Source: Saccharolobus solfataricus | Lineage (GTDB): Archaea > Thermoproteota > Thermoprotei_A > Sulfolobales > Sulfolobaceae | Assembly (NCBI RefSeq): GCF_900079115.1 | Contig: NZ_LT549890.1 | Span: 2,880,001 to 2,912,000 of the forward strand | DNA length: 32,000 nt | Direction: 5' to 3' | Shown here: positions 27,021 to 32,000 of the stretch, piece by piece | Layout: every line of letters starts with the position of its first letter | Numbering within the stretch: position 1 is the stretch's first letter | The notes under the pieces: generated by a model | Told to the model about the DNA's origin: nothing | The model's input: the letters and a program-made list of their open reading frames with translations, nothing else | Databases searched by the model: none | Translations under genes and position numbers: made by a program

Positions 27021-27560
27021 TTAGTCCTCTTGCTCATTATCATCATTATCATGATGATGTTTCTTTCCATGTTCCGTAGCTTGGGTCTGTCCTTCTTGTT
27101 GTTCTCCTCCATATTTCACTATTAAGAATGGAATATTACTGACTGACTTTGCCTCGGGGTTTTGCGATACTACATAAGATATTTTAATATTTACGGTGTA
27201 AGTACCCTTGTTAAGGTATAATGTGTAGTGCTCCGTTCCGTGAAGTGATAATGTAAAGGTGTAATTGGTAATGTGAATTGTAACGTTAAATTGGGAGAAA
27301 ACGTCTTCTAGTACATCCTCTTTTAATTTTATGGTATAAGTACCATTTACTGAAACAGTAAGAGTAGCATTCTCAGCTAATGTACCTTTTTGTCCAGCAG
27401 TTAAATTTCCTAAATTGAAGGAGGCTAAGGTAGTTTGTATAGTTGGTGACGTCACGTTATAGCTAATAGTCCCTAAACTTCCGCTTATCTCCTCTCCAAT
27501 TACTACCCCACCTACTAGTATTGTGCTTAGTAGTACACCGAGTAGGAGTAGTTTATTCAT
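27021..27560 (-). CDS. secreted protein with a His/Asp-rich C-terminal tail
   Basis: 179 aa. Signal-like MNKLLLLGVLLSTILVGGVVIG, a beta-rich body and the C-terminus TEHGKKHHHDNDDNEQED. Confidence 0.6.
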   Translation of the reverse strand: MNKLLLLGVLLSTILVGGVVIGEEISGSLGTISYNVTSPTIQTTLASFNLGNLTAGQKGTLAENATLTVSVNGTYTIKLKEDVLEDVFSQFNVTIHITNYTFTLSLHGTEHYTLYLNKGTYTVNIKISYVVSQNPEAKSVSNIPFLIVKYGGEQQEGQTQATEHGKKHHHDNDDNEQED

Positions 27561-27627
27561 CTTTTCACCTATATGTTAACTTCTTATTTCATCCTTTTAA
27601 GGAAAACGTACCGGAACAGTGAAACAG

Positions 27628-28422
27628 TTATTTCTTATCGGTTTTCACCACGTATCTAACCTTACCTTCCTCTCTTATTTCCTCTACATATCCTAACTTA
27701 ACTAACTTCTTAACTCTTCTATATGCAGTAGATTTAGGTAAGCCTGTTTGTTTCACAATGTCAGATAAGGTATTTGTGCCCTTTTTAATTGCCTCTAATA
27801 CAATAGTATCCCTTTCATCTAAAACTTCGGGAGCTAAGTCTACACTTTCCTCTTCCTCTTCTTTCACAACCCTAACATTTCCTCTCCTTACCAGGAATAT
27901 GATCAGTGAAACTAGTACTGCATCGCTACCTATTAAACCACCTATTATTATAGGAATCTCCAATTCATTTTGTGCTGTAGTAACATGGGAAGAAAGCGCA
28001 TATAGCAATATGACGCTATTTACGTTTGCAAAAGTAACATTATAATAATTGCTCATTACATTAAAGCTGTAGGGCTGTGGAGAAATATAATTAATAGAGG
28101 AGTTAAGAGGTAGATAAATATTGATTGTCGCGTTATACGGCTCATTAATTTGGATAACTCCTCTAGGTAGCATGGCATTGTAGTAAATGAAAACAGTAGT
28201 ATTACTGGGAGTGAGATATAATGCATTTCCGGACAAGTTATATTTGGCTCCAATGACCTTAAGGTTCGTTATATTATGCCCTATCAAGATGAATTGATTA
28301 ACTTTACCAGTAAGTTCAGCCTCTACAGTACCGTTATAATAAATATTTAAGATTGATGAGTGTGAAATAATGACTGGAACTGTTATCAATGGTAAGAGCA
28401 ATAATAGCAAAATCTTCATCAA
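27628..28422 (-). CDS. membrane-anchored winged-helix regulator: N-terminal extracytoplasmic domain, one TM segment, C-terminal TrmB/MarR-like wHTH
   Basis: 264 aa. Signal/TM MMKILLLLLLPLITVPVII, a ~140-aa N-x-S/T-rich domain, TM IPIIIGGLIGSDAVLVSLIIFLV, the acidic linker KEEEEES, then LDERDTIVLEAIKKGTNTLSDIVKQTGLPKSTAYRRVKKLVKLGYVEE. Confidence 0.7.
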   Translation of the reverse strand: MMKILLLLLLPLITVPVIISHSSILNIYYNGTVEAELTGKVNQFILIGHNITNLKVIGAKYNLSGNALYLTPSNTTVFIYYNAMLPRGVIQINEPYNATINIYLPLNSSINYISPQPYSFNVMSNYYNVTFANVNSVILLYALSSHVTTAQNELEIPIIIGGLIGSDAVLVSLIIFLVRRGNVRVVKEEEEESVDLAPEVLDERDTIVLEAIKKGTNTLSDIVKQTGLPKSTAYRRVKKLVKLGYVEEIREEGKVRYVVKTDKK

Positions 28423-28927
28423 ATTTAACTAAATATTAACCAGTTTATTAGCTTAGCGATTTCTAAATATTATGTTATCTAACTTCTCCTTATAATTAAG
28501 AGTTCGGCCTTTACATTATCTTCTATATCTATCGAAGTATAGGTTCAAAAACCTCCCTTAGAATTCAATTATGATAAAAATCTTTAGTTACCATTATTAT
28601 TTCTAGCAAGATATTAAACGAAAATAAAAAGATTTTTAAATGTGTTTTCTTTTATTTTATTGTGGTTTGTGAGGAGTGGATTGCAAGGTTTATGTTCAAT
28701 AAGATAATAAACAGTTTAGAAGAATTAGCGGAATATTTGCTAGATGAATTTGAAAGCGATAAATTGGTTATGCTTATTCTGGAATAAGGTATTACTAATA
28801 TTTGATAGTCCTTTTAAATACGCCAGAGAGAAGCTGGGAAAGGATAAGTACGGAAATCCCATGTTCTATAGAAGTTACGGGGGATATAAGGATACTTTAT
28901 AGTGTTGATTCAAAAACTGTATCGTGT

Positions 28928-29110
28928 TTATTTGGAAGATGGGATCTCATAAGAGGGTTTACGGTCCTTAGCCTTTTTCTTAACAATTTCCTTAAGCTTA
29001 ATTATTTCCTCCTTGTCCAATTCAACATAATAGTATTCCCCATCTTTTCCGGTCTTCATAATTATATGTTTGTCATTAGGCATTAAAAAGGATATGCTAA
29101 TTTCTCTCAT
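28928..29110 (-). CDS. small hypothetical protein (60 aa)
   Basis: The ORF has a Lys/Glu-rich helical C-terminal half. The overlapping plus-strand ORF 28802-29086 looks less protein-like. No family recognised. Confidence 0.35.
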   Translation of the reverse strand: MREISISFLMPNDKHIIMKTGKDGEYYYVELDKEEIIKLKEIVKKKAKDRKPSYEIPSSK

Positions 29111-29807
29111 CGAATTTTAAAAATATATTATAGTAGTATAGGTGCATATATTGGAATCCAAGCTTCTCTTTATGTTAGAAAAATTTTAAAAATACAGTTT
29201 ACTTTATAAAAATTCCTTCTTCTTTTATTTTATGGAATATTTCAATATTAGCTGATAAGGTACAATAAACACAAGTAAGAAGTGAGATAATACAACATAC
29301 ATACGTAATGTACTGATAAACATACAATACTATATGTATTTGAATTGAATCAAATATTCCTATAACTAAGTAAACTCTTACAACAAAAGAATGCGTTAAT
29401 ATCGCAGCTACGGTTGTCAAAACACTCAAAATAATAAATGATATAAGAAGAATTTTCTTGTTTACATTTTATTTATCTAAAAAGCCTTAAAAATACTCTT
29501 CCTTTTCCCATATCACCACATGAGAACTGATCTCGAAATGAGAAATTCAAATCCCTTGATATTTAGATGAATGAGTTGAGCTACATTAACGGTAACCTCA
29601 TAGTGTTTTCTAACAGTAGTCAGTATAGGAACTACCATTCTACTGATCAGCCACTTTATGGTCCTTTATAGTCTTAATACTTAAAATTTAGGTTTCGGAT
29701 TTTTGAAATGGAAGATAACCGACTTTATCTTCCTTATCCCTCTAAAGCTATATAATAAAACCTTTACTGTAACGTTTCAATTAAGATTGATGAGAAAAAG
29801 GGATCAA

Positions 29808-31244
29808 TTACCAACCTTCATACACGGTCTTCTCCTTAAGATAAAACTCCAGAGCCTCTTCTCCCATCTCTTTCCATGTGGTTGCTCCAGAATTCTTAAA
29901 TCCTCCAAATGGTGCTTGTAATTCCAATCCAACTGTGGGCTTATTAACCTTTATAACTCCTGCTTCTACTTTACTGACAAACTCATTAATTGCCTTAATA
30001 TCGCTTGCCACTATTCCAGCTGTATGTCCGTAATCTACAGCATTAACTAGCCTTATGGCCTCGTCTAAATCTTTAGCTTCAGTTACACTTAAAACTGGAC
30101 CGAATATCTCCTCCTTAAATAGTCTCATGTCGGGTGTGACTCCTTCGAATATTGTAGGTTCTAAGAAATATCCCTTTCCGGATAGTGTATTTCCGCCATA
30201 GACTAATTTAGCACCTGCACTCTTACCGTACTCTATGTACTCTAAGTCTTTCTTAAATTGGCCCTCATCTACAACTGGACCCATGTCAACGTCTTCAGTA
30301 CCTGGTCCTACTTTCCACTTTTTAACTCTTTCCAGTAGTCTTTGTCTAAATTGACTATATACGTCTTTATGAACTATTAACCTACTTGTTGCAGTGCATG
30401 ACTGGCCAGTTAGTCCAAATCCTCCCCTTACTGCTAATTCAGCAGCTAACGTTAAATCAGCACTCTTATCTACGTATAGTGCATTTTTACCTCCTAGTTC
30501 CAATTGAATTCTGGTCATTCTATTTTTATTTCCTACAAGTTTATAAATTCTCTTACCTACCTCAGTTGATCCAGTAAAGGATACCGCTGCTATGTTTTCA
30601 TCAGTTACTATTGTATCTCCCACCTCACTTCCTTTACCGACAATTAAATTCACAACTCCATCCGGTAGCCCGGCTTTAGATAATACATCTACTAATTTAG
30701 CAACCATTAATGGTGTTTTCGACGCTGGTTTTATTATTGCAGTGTTACCAGCTGCTAGAGCCGGGGCTAATTTCCACACCGGTATTGATAATGGGAAATT
30801 CCATGGAGTAATTAAGGCTACTACGCCTAAGGGTTCCTTTACTGTAAATATCCTAGTATTAGGATCTGCTGAAGGGAGCGTTTTTCCAGATATTTTAAAT
30901 GCTAATGCCCCATAAAACTTAAGCAAATTATAACTCCTAACTACCTCAAACATGCTATCCTTTAGGGTCTTACCCTCTTCCAATGTCATCAATAACGCAA
31001 ATTCTTGAGCTTCTTGTTCCATTAATTCCCCAGCCTTGAGTAATATTGCACCTCTTTTGGGTGCCGGAGTCTTTGACCATTCGTCGAATTTAGCTACAGC
31101 CTTGTTTATGGCCTCCTTGACATCGTCTTTTGTATGTGTTCTAATTTTAGCTAATATGTGATCCCTATCGGCTGGGTTAATGTCAATGTATTCCTCTCCA
31201 CTGCCCTTAATCCACTTGTCAGCTAATTCTTGATACGATTTCAT
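29808..31244 (-). CDS. dopDH: NADP-dependent aldehyde dehydrogenase; 2,5-dioxopentanoate (alpha-ketoglutarate semialdehyde) dehydrogenase type
   Basis: 478 aa. ALDH catalytic motifs LELGGKNA (Glu) and GQSCTATSRL (Cys). It closely matches my recollection of S. solfataricus DopDH, and it is divergent from kdaD as in that organism. Confidence 0.8.
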   Translation of the reverse strand: MKSYQELADKWIKGSGEEYIDINPADRDHILAKIRTHTKDDVKEAINKAVAKFDEWSKTPAPKRGAILLKAGELMEQEAQEFALLMTLEEGKTLKDSMFEVVRSYNLLKFYGALAFKISGKTLPSADPNTRIFTVKEPLGVVALITPWNFPLSIPVWKLAPALAAGNTAIIKPASKTPLMVAKLVDVLSKAGLPDGVVNLIVGKGSEVGDTIVTDENIAAVSFTGSTEVGKRIYKLVGNKNRMTRIQLELGGKNALYVDKSADLTLAAELAVRGGFGLTGQSCTATSRLIVHKDVYSQFRQRLLERVKKWKVGPGTEDVDMGPVVDEGQFKKDLEYIEYGKSAGAKLVYGGNTLSGKGYFLEPTIFEGVTPDMRLFKEEIFGPVLSVTEAKDLDEAIRLVNAVDYGHTAGIVASDIKAINEFVSKVEAGVIKVNKPTVGLELQAPFGGFKNSGATTWKEMGEEALEFYLKEKTVYEGW

Positions 31245-31284
31245 ATTAACTAAATCACCTTAATGGTTTTTATTTTGCTATGCT

Positions 31285-31292
31285 AACATGTT
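31285..31292. promoter_or_regulatory. ARA-box palindrome AACATGTT in the dopDH-kdaD divergent promoter
   Basis: Exact AACATGTT lies 10 nt upstream of a TATA-like TTTATTAAA (31303-31311) and about 40-45 nt upstream of the kdaD start codon. The motif and position match those reported for arabinose-induced Sulfolobus promoters. Confidence 0.65.
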
Positions 31293-31332
31293 TACTACCA
31301 ACTTTATTAAACGCTGAACGCATTTTATCATG

Positions 31333-32000
31333 ATGAAATTATTTAGAGTTGTAAAGAGAGGATATTATATAAGTTACGCAATATTAGATAATAGTACAAT
31401 AATAAGGTTAGATGAAGACCCGATTAAGACTTTAATGAGGTATGCGGAAAATAAGGAAGTCTTAGGAGATAGAGTTACTGGAATAGATTATCAGTCATTG
31501 CTTAAGAACTTTCAAATTAACGATATTAGAATAACAAAACCAATGGATCCTCCAGAAGTCTGGGGATCTGGAATATCATATGAAATGGCTAGGGAGAGGT
31601 ATTCTGAAGAGAACGTAGCTAAAATATTAGGCAAGACAATTTACGAAACAGTTTACGATGCAGTTAGACCAGAGATATTCTTCAAGGCTACTCCAAATAG
31701 ATGTGTGGGACATGGCGAGGCAATAGCGGTAAGAAGCGATTCCGAGTGGACACTTCCAGAGCCGGAATTGGCAGTAGTATTAGACTCCAATGGTAAAATC
31801 TTAGGCTATACCATAATGGATGATGTTTCCGCCAGAGATTTGGAGACTGAAAATCCTCTCTACTTACCGCAATCTAAGATATACGCTGGTTGTTGTGCCT
31901 TTGGACCAGTGATAGTTACCCCAGATGAGATTAAGAATCCATATGGACTTGATATCACTTTAAGGATTATGAGAGATGGTAAAGTGTTTTTTGAAGGATC
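31333..32000 (+). CDS. kdaD: 2-keto-3-deoxy-D-arabinonate dehydratase (FAH family); C-terminus runs off the window
   Basis: Manual translation gives MKLFRVVKRGYYISYAILDNSTIIRLDEDPIKTLMRY...PPEVWGSGISYEMARERY...PEPELAVVLDSNGKILGYTIMDDVSARDLE...YAGCCAFGPVIV. This is near-identical to my recollection of S. solfataricus KdaD. An alternative ATG is at 31330. Confidence 0.85.
   Translation, partial: MKLFRVVKRGYYISYAILDNSTIIRLDEDPIKTLMRYAENKEVLGDRVTGIDYQSLLKNFQINDIRITKPMDPPEVWGSGISYEMARERYSEENVAKILGKTIYETVYDAVRPEIFFKATPNRCVGHGEAIAVRSDSEWTLPEPELAVVLDSNGKILGYTIMDDVSARDLETENPLYLPQSKIYAGCCAFGPVIVTPDEIKNPYGLDITLRIMRDGKVFFEG

Noticed and set aside
27758-28253. ORFs 27758-28045 (+) and 28056-28253 (-) inside the membrane-anchored wHTH gene
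   Set aside because: One is antisense and the other out of frame relative to a longer ORF with a coherent signal/TM/wHTH architecture.
30386-30915. Plus-strand ORFs opposite the aldehyde dehydrogenase gene
   Set aside because: They are antisense to a full-length ALDH that has intact catalytic motifs.
1-32000. CRISPR arrays, rRNA genes, integrase/att sites, toxin-antitoxin or other defence modules
   Set aside because: Reading the window revealed no regularly spaced direct repeats, no rRNA-like GC-rich blocks beyond the 13.2-13.5 kb element, and no nuclease, helicase or integrase-type ORFs.

Overview
This is an AT-rich, gene-dense crenarchaeal chromosomal segment. My best guess is the Sulfolobaceae, Saccharolobus/Sulfolobus solfataricus-islandicus group. 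That guess rests on my recollection of the KdaD and DopDH protein sequences, a Sulfolobus-type IS element and an ARA-box promoter. It is not a database hit.

Layout:
- 1-8858: sulfur-trafficking island. A tusA / yeeE-like / small membrane protein / DsrE-like operon lies on the minus strand. It is followed by a three-domain TusA fusion gene hit by a 1441-bp IS4-type element, a Cys-containing small protein and a second DsrE-like gene. Then comes an operon encoding a secreted beta-propeller, a CC-motif membrane protein and a DoxX-like protein.
- 8855-17777: accessory-looking block. It holds an ABC pair with a degenerate ATPase, several heavily N-x-S/T-rich surface proteins with Ser/Thr stalks, two paralogous HTH_10 regulators and a conspicuously GC-rich non-coding element.
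- 18540-20799: SDR / thiolase-like / DUF35 operon.
- 20810-26924: housekeeping genes (DUF998, methyltransferase, tatC, tatA, ilvD, M32 carboxypeptidase).
- 27021-28422: His-rich secreted protein plus a membrane-anchored wHTH regulator.
- 29808-32000: divergent pentose-oxidation pair (2,5-dioxopentanoate dehydrogenase and KdaD).

Most notable observations:
- A perfect 118-bp inverted repeat places one identical promoter in front of two outward-facing sulfur-related operons and brackets a 3.3-kb module.
- The thiolase-like protein has lost every canonical thiolase catalytic residue while keeping its DUF35 partner.
- An unassigned, structured GC-rich element of about 230 bp contains an exact 15-bp tandem duplication.

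No CRISPR array, rRNA or convincing tRNA was seen.
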